A stretch of 64,000 bases of DNA from Oculatellaceae cyanobacterium bins.114 (GCA_033764315.1 JANRJA010000011.1:13561-77560), one strand, 5' to 3'; shown: positions 40,327-51,527, counted from the first letter of the stretch. The notes: generated by a model not told the origin, from the sequence alone. Translations and numbers: made by a program.

Positions 40327-40399
40327 TTAAGAAATCAAATGAAGCGATGACTAGAGAACTCAGTAACTCAACTTGCAAATTAAATTCTCAGAAAAAAGA

Positions 40400-40710
40400 T
40401 CCCAAACCATTAATCGTTTACAATGTCCGCAGTTCTAGGGCTACCGGATTATTCTTCATTAATACAGCAGCTTGCGTTAAGTTCTCTGCTGCTAGTTCGT
40501 CACCTTGTGCCTTGGTAATTGTGGCTCGTTTTTCCCGTTCAGCCGAAGCTTAACGCGACATCATCCGTTTCAGATCTTCAGGCAATTCAATGCCCTGCAA
40601 ACGAACCGAATCAAGGTGCCATCCCCAAACCTGAATTTGCTCTTCAACCGCCTCAAGAATCTGCTCCTGAATTCGCTCACGCTGAGAAAGTAGCTCATCT
40701 ACTGAGATCG
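40400..40710 (-). pseudogene. Stomatin/SPFH (band 7) pseudogene fragment
   Basis: SVDELLSQRERIQ...IELPEDLKRMMSR*ASAEREKRATITKAQG...NPVALELRTL*TI; in-frame TAA at 40550-40552 and 40418-40420. Confidence 0.8.
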
Positions 40711-41019
40711 GATCTACAACAAGAACACCTCATAACCCCTACCTAATGAAATATGCCTTTCGGTAGGGGTATTGTATAGCTTTGAAATAACCTGCATGAT
40801 CTACCTCCCGTAAGCTTCTCAGCTAATCAGTAAATTGGAGGTTAAAGCTTACAATTTCATCATTTCACAGCGCACAATGCTATCACTTCTTTTGTAACTA
40901 TTCTTTGACAAGTAATCAATTAATGTCTCTGTTTTTTAGCGAAACCTAGAATAATCTCTCTCCTGAAGGCAATCTGACGGCAATTTGGTATTGAATACCC
41001 ACAGATAGCTTTACATTTG

Positions 41020-41099
41020 TTAGTCCTAAACAAGTAAGGGTATGTCGCGCGGAGCGTGACATACCCTTACTCAAAAATCATTATTTTTAGAGGACTACC
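41020..41099. mobile_element. MITE family A (80 bp) with 8-bp target duplication
   Basis: TACATTTG at 41012-41019 and 41100-41107; TAGTCCT/AGGACTA ends; internal hairpin GTAAGGGTATGTC..GACATACCCTTAC. Confidence 0.8.
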
Positions 41100-41130
41100 T
41101 ACATTTGCACTCCTAATCAAGGAATCAATA

Positions 41131-41216
41131 GGCTAACGTCGTAGTTGAGCGGCGATAAGCAACCTCAGCATCATAACCGATCGCCTATATTCCGCCGTTC
41201 CAACGCAGTGTTCGAC
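41131..41216 (-). other. Integron attC site 2
   Basis: R'' GTCGAAC ... R' GTTAGCC; GTTGGAACGGCG/CGCCGCTCAAC stem with an extra G; loop shares ATCGGTTA..GATG..GAGGTTG with attC1. Confidence 0.72.
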
Positions 41217-41257
41217 TGCTCGCTGAAAGTTCCACCTTCATCCATTGTATCTACGCT

Positions 41258-41716
41258 TCAAGCTGCTGGGAAATAATGCCAACATTGTAGCTCTGGTTCA
41301 TATTTTGCAATTGGGTATTCACTAAGATCTTCAGGCGTTAATAGGATTAGATGTTGAAGGGCATCAGCCAGCTGTTCCATAAACTGCCTGAGCGCATTAA
41401 AACTCTCTTCGCTCGTTATTTGCTGAGGATCTAGATCTAGCTCAATCTCTTTTTCAGCAAAGAAATGACAATTTAATTGCACTCCTCCTACCCAAATTGA
41501 TAAAAGTTTTGTCTGCTCTTGTATTGAGAAGATATTAACTGCCATTGATGGAAGTAGCGTGGGTTGACCATCAACAAAATATTGGTACTGTGCCGTTTCT
41601 CTGATAACACTTAAAAACTGATTCCAATCATCTAATGTCGTCCCCTTAACATAGATATCTCGCAAAGAGCCATCCCAAATTAAGTCATTACGAACTTGAT
41701 CCCATAAATTGAGCAT
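41258..41716 (-). CDS. Cassette-borne hypothetical protein
   Basis: DGSLRDIYV...NCHFF..EIELDLDP; AT-rich; followed by attC2. Confidence 0.75.
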   Translation of the reverse strand: MLNLWDQVRNDLIWDGSLRDIYVKGTTLDDWNQFLSVIRETAQYQYFVDGQPTLLPSMAVNIFSIQEQTKLLSIWVGGVQLNCHFFAEKEIELDLDPQQITSEESFNALRQFMEQLADALQHLILLTPEDLSEYPIAKYEPELQCWHYFPAA

Positions 41717-41846
41717 TTACTAGTTAATCGCAAATCTAAACTGACATTTAAACAGCAACAATACCTTGAAAACAGCTTCAAACTACTTCCTCCTAAGACT
41801 CCAACAGGCAAACTCTCAATGCATTGCCCCTACAGACAATCTAGCG

Positions 41847-41853
41847 GTCGAAC
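41847..41853 (-). other. Cassette 5' core site (GTTCGAC), possibly attI-like
   Basis: Exact complement of attC2 R'' (GTCGAAC); the match extends to 10 of 11 bp. Confidence 0.55.
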
Positions 41854-42232
41854 AATATTATTAGATAGATTTTTGCAGCCTAACATCCCTGTGGAACCCA
41901 ATTAGAATGATTTTTTCACCCCATTTGGAAAATTGAGATATTAGGCAGATTTAGATTCTTGAATATTAACCTCTACTCAGAGAATGTACTGATTTTATTC
42001 AGCATTTTTTCGGTTCTATGAGCTTTGTCTGCATACTAATGTATTCAGTCAAGAGTTGATGCTATTTAACACGATAATGCTTTCAACTTCTTCTCCATTC
42101 TCGCCATAAAGTTCATCCAAACTAAGCATAAGAAGAACGCTGTTACCCAGCTCATTGTGTAGCTCTTCAAGCAACCAAGAAGTGTTGAATCTTGCCTGGT
42201 TTCTCTCTTGATTCTTCTTTTTTCTATCTTGC

Positions 42233-43717
42233 CTAAAACTGTCTTGTCCAATCGCTAAACCAGCGTTCTACAACGACTTTAGTTTGAGTAAAGAACTCGA
42301 TCGCATGTGCGCCTTGTCCATGCAGATCGCCAAAGAAGCTGTCTTTCCAACCACTAAAGGGAAAGAATGCCATTGGGGCGGCAACGCCAATGTTGATGCC
42401 GATGTTACCTGCCTCAGCTTCATAGCGAAACTTGCGGGCTGCGGCTCCACTACTAGTAAACAGACACGCCATATTACCCCACACGCCTCGATTGACCAGA
42501 GCGATCGCCTCATCAATCGTGTTGACATGCATCAACCCCAACACCGGACCAAAAATCTCGGTACGAGCAATCTCACTATCGGGGGGCACATCTTGCAACA
42601 GCGTGGGACGCACGAAACTGCCCTGTTCGTAGCCAGAAATTTTAGGTTGGCGACCGTCAACTAAGGGTTTAGCTCCCTGATCGATGCCCCGTTGAATCAA
42701 TCCTTCAATGCGATCGCGACTAGGATGATTGATCACGGGTCCCATTTGCACACCGTCCTCCAACCCAAACCCCACAACTCTCGCTTTGGCTGCTTCGGCG
42801 ATCGCTTCTGTAAAGGGTTCCTTGGCTTGTCCCACCGTCACCATTAACGACGCCGCCAAACATCGCTGTCCAGCGCAACCAAAGGCACTATCCATCGTGA
42901 TGCGAGTAGTGGTTTCCAGATCAGCATCCGGTAGCACGATAATCGGATTTTTGGCTCCTCCCTGACACTGCACCCGCTTGCCATTGGCGGCTGCACGACT
43001 GTAAACGTAGCGAGCAACGGGGCTAGAGCCGACAAAGCTGATCGCGCGAATCACCGGATGATCGAGAATGGCGTCTACGGCTTCTTTAGATCCGTTCACC
43101 AAGTTCACCACTCCGGCAGGCAATCCCGTTTGCTCTAGCAGTTGAAACACTTTGTACATGGTCAGGGGCACTTTTTCAGAAGGCTTGACAATATAGGTGT
43201 TGCCACATGCGATCGCGTAGGGCAAAAACCAGAAGGGAATCATACCCGGAAAGTTGAAAGGGGCGATCGCGGCAGCGACCCCTAACGGTTGCCGAATCAT
43301 AATTTCGTCGATGCCCCTGGCAATATCTTCGGAATTATAGCCCTGCATCAAAATCGGAATGCCACACGCCACTTCCACATTTTCGATGCCTCGTTGCATC
43401 TCCGCTTTCGCCTCAGCAAAAGTTTTGCCACACTCCAATGTGATTGTTCGTGCCAGATCATCCAGGTTGGTTTCGAGCAACCCCTTCAACTTAAACAGAT
43501 ATTGCACTCGGTCTGTAGGAGGGACTCGCCGCCAAGCTTTAAAGGCGATCGCCGCTGCCTGTGCAGCCTGATCAATTTCACTGGTAGGAGAAATAGGAAC
43601 TTGGCTCAACACCTCATTAGTCGCTGGATTGATCACATCTAGATAGTCAGTTGCGATCGAGGTTTGCCATTGTCCGTTGATGTAATTCTGTAGCCGTTCT
43701 GGTTGTAAACCGCCCAT
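42233..43717 (-). CDS. mmsA: CoA-acylating methylmalonate-semialdehyde dehydrogenase
   Basis: [45 protein letters not shown]. Confidence 0.93.
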   Translation of the reverse strand: MGGLQPERLQNYINGQWQTSIATDYLDVINPATNEVLSQVPISPTSEIDQAAQAAAIAFKAWRRVPPTDRVQYLFKLKGLLETNLDDLARTITLECGKTFAEAKAEMQRGIENVEVACGIPILMQGYNSEDIARGIDEIMIRQPLGVAAAIAPFNFPGMIPFWFLPYAIACGNTYIVKPSEKVPLTMYKVFQLLEQTGLPAGVVNLVNGSKEAVDAILDHPVIRAISFVGSSPVARYVYSRAAANGKRVQCQGGAKNPIIVLPDADLETTTRITMDSAFGCAGQRCLAASLMVTVGQAKEPFTEAIAEAAKARVVGFGLEDGVQMGPVINHPSRDRIEGLIQRGIDQGAKPLVDGRQPKISGYEQGSFVRPTLLQDVPPDSEIARTEIFGPVLGLMHVNTIDEAIALVNRGVWGNMACLFTSSGAAARKFRYEAEAGNIGINIGVAAPMAFFPFSGWKDSFFGDLHGQGAHAIEFFTQTKVVVERWFSDWTRQF

Positions 43718-44465
43718 GATCACCCTTTGAAATAAAGCCCATCCGTTTATTGTGAGGCAGTTGGGCTTAAAAATCGCCATAAGTTAATCGTCAATCTATC
43801 AAGGCTGAGCGCGGGCTATATCAGAAATGCTGAGTGCCGAGGGGGTTTAGTTCTCCCTTGACGCCTTTACCCCGACCCGAAAAACGTCATGAAATGGTCA
43901 AAAGTGTGCAATCACTTTTTTGCAACAAAATATTACAGAGGAGGGATATTAAGATAAATCCCCTAGATCAACATCAGAGCTAGACAGAAAAGGGATCTCG
44001 GGATTTGAGTTTGCAAAGACAGCACCTAAGGAATCGGCAAAAATCCATGGGTTCGATAAGCATAAATGCTTATTCAAACATTTCCCTATTGTAGATTATC
44101 GAAAATTTTCATTAAAACTTTGTCATAAACTGGGTGAAAAGGTTAAACAAACTTAACAAATTGGGGTATCTTAGGTTAGTAAGTACAAATCCTTACTAAA
44201 AACTTCTTTTCTTGGCTCGGTCTGTCAAGCAATTTTAGGAGAGCGAAGGTTAAAGACTTCTGAATCACTGGACTACATCTTTTTTATTTGTATTCCCCCA
44301 ACTACGTGTCGCCCACTTCACTAGTGCTTCTTACCTTCTAGCCTCCCAACTTCCGATGCGGTGCGCTTCTTACTTTTTCACAGACTGAGTGCAGGTTACT
44401 CTCCCGATATTGATTTAGTAACCTTTAATCCCTTCATCCACAAACGTTTGGGTAGGCTCTCAATC

Positions 44466-46073
44466 ATGAGTACTCATTTTCCGTGGCTAACAGCCCTGAT
44501 TCTCTTTCCTCTAGTGGCAGCTTTACCCATTCCTCTGCTGCCTGACAAAGAAGGTAAAACTGTTCGTTGGTATGCGTTGAGTGTGGCGATCGCTGAGTTT
44601 GCTTTCATCCTCTACACCTTTTGGAAGCACTACGATTTGCAAAACCCCACCTATCAATTAGTCGAGTCTTATGACTGGATGCCTCAGATCGGTTTGCACT
44701 GGTCTCTTGCAGTGGATGGGTTGTCCATGCCCCTGGTGATTTTGACCGGGTTGATAACCACCCTAGCTATCTTTGCATCTTGGCGAGTGACCGATAAGCC
44801 TCGCCTTTTTTACGTCTTGATGCTGGTGATGTATAGTGCTCAGATTGGGGTCTTCCTGGCTCAAGACATCCTGCTCTTTTTCTTGATGTGGGAGTTAGAG
44901 TTGGTTCCCGTTTATCTATTAATTGCCAACTGGGGTGGACAAAAACGCCTCTATGCAGCCACTAAGTTCATTCTCTACACGGCTGCCGCCTCGATCTTCA
45001 TCCTGGTTGCAGCGTTGGCGATGGCCTTTTACGGCGACCATGTCACGCTCGATATTACAGAGTTGGGGCTAAAGCATTACTCGCTTGGGTTTGAGTTGCT
45101 GATGTATGCAGCTTTTTTGGTGGCGTTTGGGGTAAAGTTGCCCATCTTCCCACTCCACACCTGGTTGCCTGATGCCCACAGTGAAGCACCTGCACCCGTC
45201 TCAATGATTTTGGCAGGGGTGCTGCTTAAGATGGCAGGGTATGCCCTGATCCGCTTCAACATTGAGATGCTACCTAACGCCCACATTTACTTTGCTCCTG
45301 TGCTGGCAGTACTCGGTGTCGTCAACATCATTTACGCCTCTCTGACTGCCTTTGCCCAAGACAACTTAAAGCGACGCTTAGCTTACTCGTCGATCGCCCA
45401 CATGGGGTTTGTGCTTCTAGGTATTGCCTCTTACACGACGCTGGGCATGAGTGGTGCAGTCTTACAGATGGTGTCTCACGGCATGATTGCAGCGACCCTG
45501 TTCTTCCTCACAGGTGTGGCATACGATCGCACTCATACCCTCTCAATGAACCAGTTGGGTGGCATGGCAAAGCAGATGCCAACTGTGTTTGCACTCTTTA
45601 CAGCAGGCTCAATGGCATCTCTAGCCTTGCCAGGGATGAGCGGTTTTGTCAGTGAATTAACGGTGTTTCTGGGCTTTAGCACCAGCGATGCCTATAGCGA
45701 TTCCTTTAAGGTCGTGATCATCGTATTAGCGGCAGTTGGGGTTCTGCTCTCACCCATCTACCTGCTGTCGATGTTGCGTCGTGTGTTTTATGGTGCAGCC
45801 AACAGCCAATGGACAACGGAGTTTAGAATCACGGATGCTAAACCTCGTGAAGCCTTTATCGCTATGTGTTTGCTGATTCCCATCATTGGTATCGGCATCT
45901 ATCCCAAATTGGCGACTCAAACCTATGACGTGAAAACCGTTGAAGTTGCCTCTCATTTGCAGACTGTATTGCCGACCTTGGCTCAACAGCCCTTAAACCT
46001 CAACACCCCGGTTTTTAAGGCTCCTGTAGTGTTAGGCACTGACGTTAAAGAACTAGTCAGCCTTGCAGAATAA
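44466..46073 (+). CDS. ndhD: NAD(P)H-quinone oxidoreductase subunit 4 (NdhD1/D2 type)
   Basis: FPWLT start, [30 protein letters not shown]. Confidence 0.95.
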   Translation: MSTHFPWLTALILFPLVAALPIPLLPDKEGKTVRWYALSVAIAEFAFILYTFWKHYDLQNPTYQLVESYDWMPQIGLHWSLAVDGLSMPLVILTGLITTLAIFASWRVTDKPRLFYVLMLVMYSAQIGVFLAQDILLFFLMWELELVPVYLLIANWGGQKRLYAATKFILYTAAASIFILVAALAMAFYGDHVTLDITELGLKHYSLGFELLMYAAFLVAFGVKLPIFPLHTWLPDAHSEAPAPVSMILAGVLLKMAGYALIRFNIEMLPNAHIYFAPVLAVLGVVNIIYASLTAFAQDNLKRRLAYSSIAHMGFVLLGIASYTTLGMSGAVLQMVSHGMIAATLFFLTGVAYDRTHTLSMNQLGGMAKQMPTVFALFTAGSMASLALPGMSGFVSELTVFLGFSTSDAYSDSFKVVIIVLAAVGVLLSPIYLLSMLRRVFYGAANSQWTTEFRITDAKPREAFIAMCLLIPIIGIGIYPKLATQTYDVKTVEVASHLQTVLPTLAQQPLNLNTPVFKAPVVLGTDVKELVSLAE

Positions 46074-46283
46074 AAGGCTGTACTGACAATTGTGGTTGAT
46101 AATGCCGGGGGTGCAGGGATGCATCCTCGGTTTTCTTATGATTGGAAATGAATTTTATGCCAACTTGATTCGTGTTTGTGGTAGATGCTTGGGTAGGGCA
46201 TTTCGTGAAACGCTCTGACAGGGGTTGAAAATTCCCTGAAATCTATGGCAATCGGTGTTCGTTCTAACTGAAAGAGGTATCTC

Positions 46284-47339
46284 ATGAAAGCGCAGGTGTT
46301 TCGAGGTGTTAATCAACTTAGCTACGAAGAGGTGCCCATGCCAGCCCTCGCCTCAGATGAGGTGTTGGTGCAAGTGCGAGTAGTCGGATTGTGTCAGTCA
46401 GATATCAAAAAAATTCGCTATCCCTTGTATGAACCGCCCCGCATTTTTGGGCACGAAACGGCTGGAGTGATTTCAGCAGTCGGCGATGAAGTGCAAAATT
46501 GGCAAGTTGGGCAGCGGGTCGTTGTGCTTCACCACATTCCCTGTATGCGCTGTGCCTATTGTCTAAATGAAAACTTTTCAATGTGCGATGTCTATAAAAA
46601 CATCACCACAACAGCGGGTTTTGCGCCCAGCGGAGGTGGTTTTGCAGACTATGTCAAGGTGCCGGGGCACATCGTTCAGAATGGCGGATTAATCCCTATT
46701 CCTGATGATGTGACGTTTGAGCAAGCCAGTTTTGTAGAGCCGACTAATTGCTGCTTAAAAGCGGTTCGCAAGGCTCAGGTCGCTCCCGGAGAAACGGTGC
46801 TAATCACCGGGGCAGGCCCTATTGGGCTGATGTTCATTATGCTAGTGAAATATTTTGGGGCAAAGGCGATCGCCACCGACCTCCTTCCCTCTCGCCTTGA
46901 AAAAGCCCGTCGTGTGGGTGCCGAAGCCGCATTTGATGCGCGTGACCCCGATTTAGCGGCCAAGATTCAGGCGATGACACAAGGGATTGGGGCAGACACA
47001 ACGTTGCTGGCTGTTCCCAGTGACAAAGCCTTCTTTCAAGCCTTGGATTGCACTCGCAAAGGGGGCAAAATTCTCTTCTTTGCTGAGTTTCCTGATGAGT
47101 TAGAGATTCCTATCAATCCCAATATTCTCTATCGCAGGGAAATTGACTTGATGGGTAGTTACAGTTCTTCTTACCGAGTACAGGCTTTAGCCGCTGATAT
47201 TGTGTTTAACAAACGCATTGATGTTGATGCCCTGGTGAGCGATCGCTATGCTCTCAAAGATCTATCAGCGGCTGTTGATCGTGCCACTGCGCCCACTCCA
47301 GAGACATTAAAGATCTTGATTTATCCAGAGGGCGAGTGA
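46284..47339 (+). CDS. Zinc-dependent MDR alcohol/polyol dehydrogenase
   Basis: GLCQSD, GHETAG, CxxCxxC..C, GAGPIG. Confidence 0.92.
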   Translation: MKAQVFRGVNQLSYEEVPMPALASDEVLVQVRVVGLCQSDIKKIRYPLYEPPRIFGHETAGVISAVGDEVQNWQVGQRVVVLHHIPCMRCAYCLNENFSMCDVYKNITTTAGFAPSGGGFADYVKVPGHIVQNGGLIPIPDDVTFEQASFVEPTNCCLKAVRKAQVAPGETVLITGAGPIGLMFIMLVKYFGAKAIATDLLPSRLEKARRVGAEAAFDARDPDLAAKIQAMTQGIGADTTLLAVPSDKAFFQALDCTRKGGKILFFAEFPDELEIPINPNILYRREIDLMGSYSSSYRVQALAADIVFNKRIDVDALVSDRYALKDLSAAVDRATAPTPETLKILIYPEGE

Positions 47340-47377
47340 TGGGGATTGTACTCCCCAACCTCTTCTAACAATATGAC

Positions 47378-48076
47378 CTAACAATAGGGCGTGACATCTT
47401 CTCCACATTCGTCTGCTAAGTAAGACAATGCCCGAAAGCGCAAACTCACTAGTTGCTCATACATTGGGTTGAGCTTGCACATGGGAGGAATGTGGAGGAG
47501 TTTGCGCCCAAATAGGTTGACATCTCGCTCAAAAGGACACTGAGACGGAATCATCTTGCACAGGAAGCGGGCTACTTTAGGATCATGCACTTCTAAGTGA
47601 TCAAGCCATTCCTTGAGCGGGTGGAGAATTTCTGCATGTTGTTCGTGGTTATGCTCGGCGTTTGCCAGAGTTGAGGGGTGAGTCACCTCTGTCTGGCTAG
47701 ATTGAGGGGTAGGACATAGCACTTGACGCAGCGACTCTAACACTTTGGGTTGTTGCCCTAACGCCACACAAAATTGTTGAAGGATATCATCTTCAGATTG
47801 AGAGAAAGTTCCATCTGCGATCGCCACCATCACTGCCGTTCTAAGAAAATTTTCTGCTGTTTGGGCATCGTGACTAAAGGTGGCTCCCAGTTCTGCTGGA
47901 GTAATCGGTTCTAAAGACTCCAATCTAGATTGGGTAGTCAGTTCACTCGTCAAATTGGCAATTAGCTCTTTCTCTTCATCGTCGAAATGTCCATCTGCCC
48001 AAGCAATGGTCAATAGCCCCCGCAACCAGACTGAAATTTCTTCAGAAGTATATCTAGATTGAACTGTACTTGTCAT
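47378..48076 (-). CDS. TerB-like plus 'Mo-dependent nitrogenase C-terminal' domain protein
   Basis: IAWADG and VAIADG; IPSQCPFERD..HIPPMCKLNP..LRFRAL. Confidence 0.85.
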   Translation of the reverse strand: MTSTVQSRYTSEEISVWLRGLLTIAWADGHFDDEEKELIANLTSELTTQSRLESLEPITPAELGATFSHDAQTAENFLRTAVMVAIADGTFSQSEDDILQQFCVALGQQPKVLESLRQVLCPTPQSSQTEVTHPSTLANAEHNHEQHAEILHPLKEWLDHLEVHDPKVARFLCKMIPSQCPFERDVNLFGRKLLHIPPMCKLNPMYEQLVSLRFRALSYLADECGEDVTPYC

Positions 48077-48210
48077 AGAACTTTACACGAGAAATCTTAT
48101 ACTAGAAGTCTTGAATTTAATTCCGTGTTGATTGTAGCTCTGGTAATAGCCAAACTGGCTGTAAACTAAGAGACTGATCCCAAGGATTGCAATGCTGCGA
48201 GGGCTTTTTT

Positions 48211-48579
48211 GTGACGCCACAAGAATTTTTCTTATTCTTAATGTCCATCATGGCAAGTGTTTCAGGACAGTTCTTTCTCAAAGCGGGTGCATTAAGATTA
48301 GGCAGAGCAACACCCAGCAATGCCGTGAGTCACATTCTCAGCATTGCGACAACTCCTGAACTGATAGCGGGTCTAGCTTGCTATGGGTTGGGTGCAATGG
48401 CATACATCCTATTGCTCACGCGAGTGAAGTTGAGCATTGCAGGGCCTTCGATTGCCCTGGTCTACATCTTTACTGTCTTGATGGGCTATTTCTTTTTTAA
48501 GGAAGCCATCCCACCAACTCGAATTGTTGGTCTAGGGTTTATCATTGGCGGCGTTTTGCTGGTGATGTGGCAACGATAA
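48211..48579 (+). CDS. Small DMT/EamA-like (ArnE/F-type) membrane protein
   Basis: Four TM helices, GQFFLK, FFKEAI..RIVG; GTG start assumed. Confidence 0.75.
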   Translation: MTPQEFFLFLMSIMASVSGQFFLKAGALRLGRATPSNAVSHILSIATTPELIAGLACYGLGAMAYILLLTRVKLSIAGPSIALVYIFTVLMGYFFFKEAIPPTRIVGLGFIIGGVLLVMWQR

Positions 48580-48614
48580 CTGGACTAAAACTGGGCTAAG
48601 TAGTTGATTGGTCG

Positions 48615-49712
48615 CTAGAAGTAGGCTTGCAACACTTGAGCGGTTTGGGTGGCTGTTTTGGTCCAGCTAAATTGACTGGCGCGTGCCAACCCTGCCTGAC
48701 GCAAATGCGATCGCATCTGCCCATCGGTTGCGATCGCCTGCATAGCGTTAGCAATCTCGGCTTCGTTATACGGATCGACCAGGATAGCCGCTTCCCCGGC
48801 CACCTCTGGCATAGATGCCAGATTAGACGTGATGACTGGTGTTCCACACGCCATTGCCTCTAACACCGGCAATCCAAAGCCTTCCCATAGGCTGGGAAAT
48901 ACAAGGGCGATCGCTTGGTTGATCAATGTTGGCAAGTCTGCATAAGGAACGTAATCTAAAAATCTGACCTGCGATGTGATGCCTAGCTCATCGACTAATA
49001 TCTTCAAACCAGGTGTATATCGAGGATCAAGAGAACCAACAATCAAAAATTCGTACTGTTGTTGAGGTAATCGGGCAAAGGCTTGCAAGGAACGCTGTAA
49101 ATTCTTATAAGGATCGCTCCGCCCAATGTAGATGAAGTAATTTTGGGTCGGTAAATCTAGAAACTGAAAATGATTGGCATCATGAGCCAATAAAATCGAT
49201 GTTATTTTTTTAGCTGGAATATTGTAAAAATCAACCATGTCTTGGGCAGTCGCCTGAGAATTACAAATAATGTGAGTTGCCTGTTTTAAAACAAGCGGTA
49301 CATAGTATTGAAAATAGTATTTTAAGGGTGATTTCCACGCTGAAAAGTGGAGTGGAATCAGGTCATGCACCATCACCACAAAACGGCAATTGGAGAAGAG
49401 AGGAGCCTCAGGAATAGGGGAGAATAGGAGAGGCGATCGCAATTTTTGATAGAGGCGTGGCAGCTGAAACTGTGTCCACAGTAGGCGTCTTAGGTGCCCT
49501 TTACTACCGTATTCTGAGGTGAGATTCTCTGGAATAGTGTAATAAGAAAACTCTCTTTGACTGTCTGCAAAGTGGTGATGACAAGAGGCAAGTAAGGTTG
49601 CTTGAGAAACAGCAAGTGAAGGAATTAAATTAGCAGCATAGGTCGTTAATCCTGTGGGTTTAAGACCCATAAAGGACAAATTAATGAGTAATTGTCCATT
49701 TGCAGGGTTCAC
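48615..49712 (-). CDS. GT4 glycosyltransferase
   Basis: HDLIP, FPSLWEGFGLPVLEAMACG. Confidence 0.93.
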   Translation of the reverse strand: MNPANGQLLINLSFMGLKPTGLTTYAANLIPSLAVSQATLLASCHHHFADSQREFSYYTIPENLTSEYGSKGHLRRLLWTQFQLPRLYQKLRSPLLFSPIPEAPLFSNCRFVVMVHDLIPLHFSAWKSPLKYYFQYYVPLVLKQATHIICNSQATAQDMVDFYNIPAKKITSILLAHDANHFQFLDLPTQNYFIYIGRSDPYKNLQRSLQAFARLPQQQYEFLIVGSLDPRYTPGLKILVDELGITSQVRFLDYVPYADLPTLINQAIALVFPSLWEGFGLPVLEAMACGTPVITSNLASMPEVAGEAAILVDPYNEAEIANAMQAIATDGQMRSHLRQAGLARASQFSWTKTATQTAQVLQAYF

Positions 49713-49715
49713 ACT

Positions 49716-51488
49716 TTAACTCTCAATTTCTACCTGTGTTGAAGAGCGAACAAAAAAGCTTTTAATTTGTTTTAACTGACGAATGAGATAGAGCTTGATG
49801 GGCACTTTAATTCTATCTTCATATAGTGCTCTGACATGCAAAGCCAAAAATGATAGTTTTGGCAGCTTTTTCTGTCTAACAAAAACCACAAAATTGCCAT
49901 CTGCAAAAACTGGAGAGAATCTGTGTAGAAGTAAGTTAAACAGAATTGAATTGAGGTTTTCAATGGTTCCCTTATAAAGAATAAGCCATTGAAAATCAAC
50001 CTTCTTTGAAAAAGCGGTTTGATAATCTAAAACTTCTCCAGGTAATTTCAATTGAAAAACAAGTGGAGCTGCAATCTTGTCCCCTGGCTCAAGATGCTTT
50101 TCTACAAAGTTTGCGACATCGCTCCACGATTTCAGATCAAAGACAGAAAGAGCTGCACTTTCAAGTTTTGCAGCATGAACAGGAAAGATTTTTAGAGTGT
50201 TAATAGCTAAACCAACCTCTCTTGGATCAGGATTCAGAGGATTGACTTCTGTAAAGGGAACAACTCGATTAACTTGAAACGTAAATTGAGAAAAGACGCG
50301 ACCATTATCAAGGGCAATTTTTGGAATGACACCTCGAAACCACCGCACACTAGAGCCGCGATCGCTATATAAAATCTCCAATGGAATTGGATAACCATTG
50401 ACATCAAGCGTCAAACTATCTGCAACATCTTGAGTAATCGCATAATTACAAATGGTCTTGATCTCTACAACAACATCCTCATCAGATGAGATTGGAAAAT
50501 CCAGAGTTGACATAGGTTCAGGGCCAATCCAGCGATAGCCAGAATGTTCGTTTAAAGTCTCCCGTCGATGCCAACCTGTTCCTCTTAACGGGTCAATAAA
50601 GTCATAACCTAAGGAACTAGAAATGGCAGGATTCAGCTTAAGAAACCGTTGCTCGGCATGTCTTTCAAGTAACTCTTTCGTGATCTGAATCGGCATTGGA
50701 TCTACAGAGAGTTGAGCCTCAACCAGAGAGCCATATTTTGATAGCAGATCTTGCTGCATCTGTGTAAAACGGATCTCAAACAATTCCTTAGCATATTGAT
50801 ATAACTCAACATCTAAAAGACAGTTTTGTTTGATAGCTTCAAGGGTGCTAGCAGGAATCTCTTCCTTAGGTTTTTTATCTTTCGCAACGTTTTCACGGCG
50901 ACTATTGATAATTGGATTCCAACCAAAAATATAAGACAACAGAAATAGAGAGTCTTGAAATCGCTCTAGAATACCGATAAAAGCCAAACTATCAAGTTGC
51001 TTTTTAGCCAGAGCCAGTGCCTCATCAGGTGACAAATGATTTAAGTCAAACTGAGCTAGTTTTGCAATGTAATAGGTTTGAGCGTTTTTGCCTAATCGTC
51101 CAACCGGCATCCCTTGAGCAAACTCTTCAAGGGTCATGTCTTTTACCAAACCATAGTGTGGGTCACCCGGCATCCTCCGGATGTATTCGTAATGGGAAAT
51201 AACCCGAGCAATGGGTTCTCGTAAGACAGTGACTAGTAAAAGATGTTTATGAGATAGAATTTGAGGGATATCGACGTAGTTTATGTGTCCTCTAAATAAT
51301 CGATATTTCTCATAGTCGGCTTGAGTATAGCCCTTGAGTTGAGCATTGAGTGTAGCAGGGCAAATATCACTACTGCAAAATTGATCTTCAAGGATAGTTC
51401 TAAAGGTCATCCCTGCCGTCTTAGGGATATGAGGAAAATATAAAACGTCTTCAGCCTGCAAATCGTACTGTGCTGGAAAGTCCTTCAT
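49716..51488 (-). CDS. Sulfotransferase (Sulfotransfer_2-like) with C-terminal extension
   Basis: HIPKTAG (5'-PSB loop) and LREPIARVISHY (3'-PB motif). Confidence 0.85.
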   Translation of the reverse strand: MKDFPAQYDLQAEDVLYFPHIPKTAGMTFRTILEDQFCSSDICPATLNAQLKGYTQADYEKYRLFRGHINYVDIPQILSHKHLLLVTVLREPIARVISHYEYIRRMPGDPHYGLVKDMTLEEFAQGMPVGRLGKNAQTYYIAKLAQFDLNHLSPDEALALAKKQLDSLAFIGILERFQDSLFLLSYIFGWNPIINSRRENVAKDKKPKEEIPASTLEAIKQNCLLDVELYQYAKELFEIRFTQMQQDLLSKYGSLVEAQLSVDPMPIQITKELLERHAEQRFLKLNPAISSSLGYDFIDPLRGTGWHRRETLNEHSGYRWIGPEPMSTLDFPISSDEDVVVEIKTICNYAITQDVADSLTLDVNGYPIPLEILYSDRGSSVRWFRGVIPKIALDNGRVFSQFTFQVNRVVPFTEVNPLNPDPREVGLAINTLKIFPVHAAKLESAALSVFDLKSWSDVANFVEKHLEPGDKIAAPLVFQLKLPGEVLDYQTAFSKKVDFQWLILYKGTIENLNSILFNLLLHRFSPVFADGNFVVFVRQKKLPKLSFLALHVRALYEDRIKVPIKLYLIRQLKQIKSFFVRSSTQVEIES

Positions 51489-51527
51489 AACCTACAAATC
51501 TGTCTCTCACATCCACAAAAATTATGG

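Noticed and set aside
41900-42232. Possible integrase remnant upstream of the cassette array
   Set aside because: No tyrosine-recombinase motifs in the frames I read; only short AT-rich broken frames
47378-48076. Nitrogen fixation suggested by the 'Mo-dependent nitrogenase C-terminal' domain
   Set aside because: The family name is misleading; no nif genes in the window
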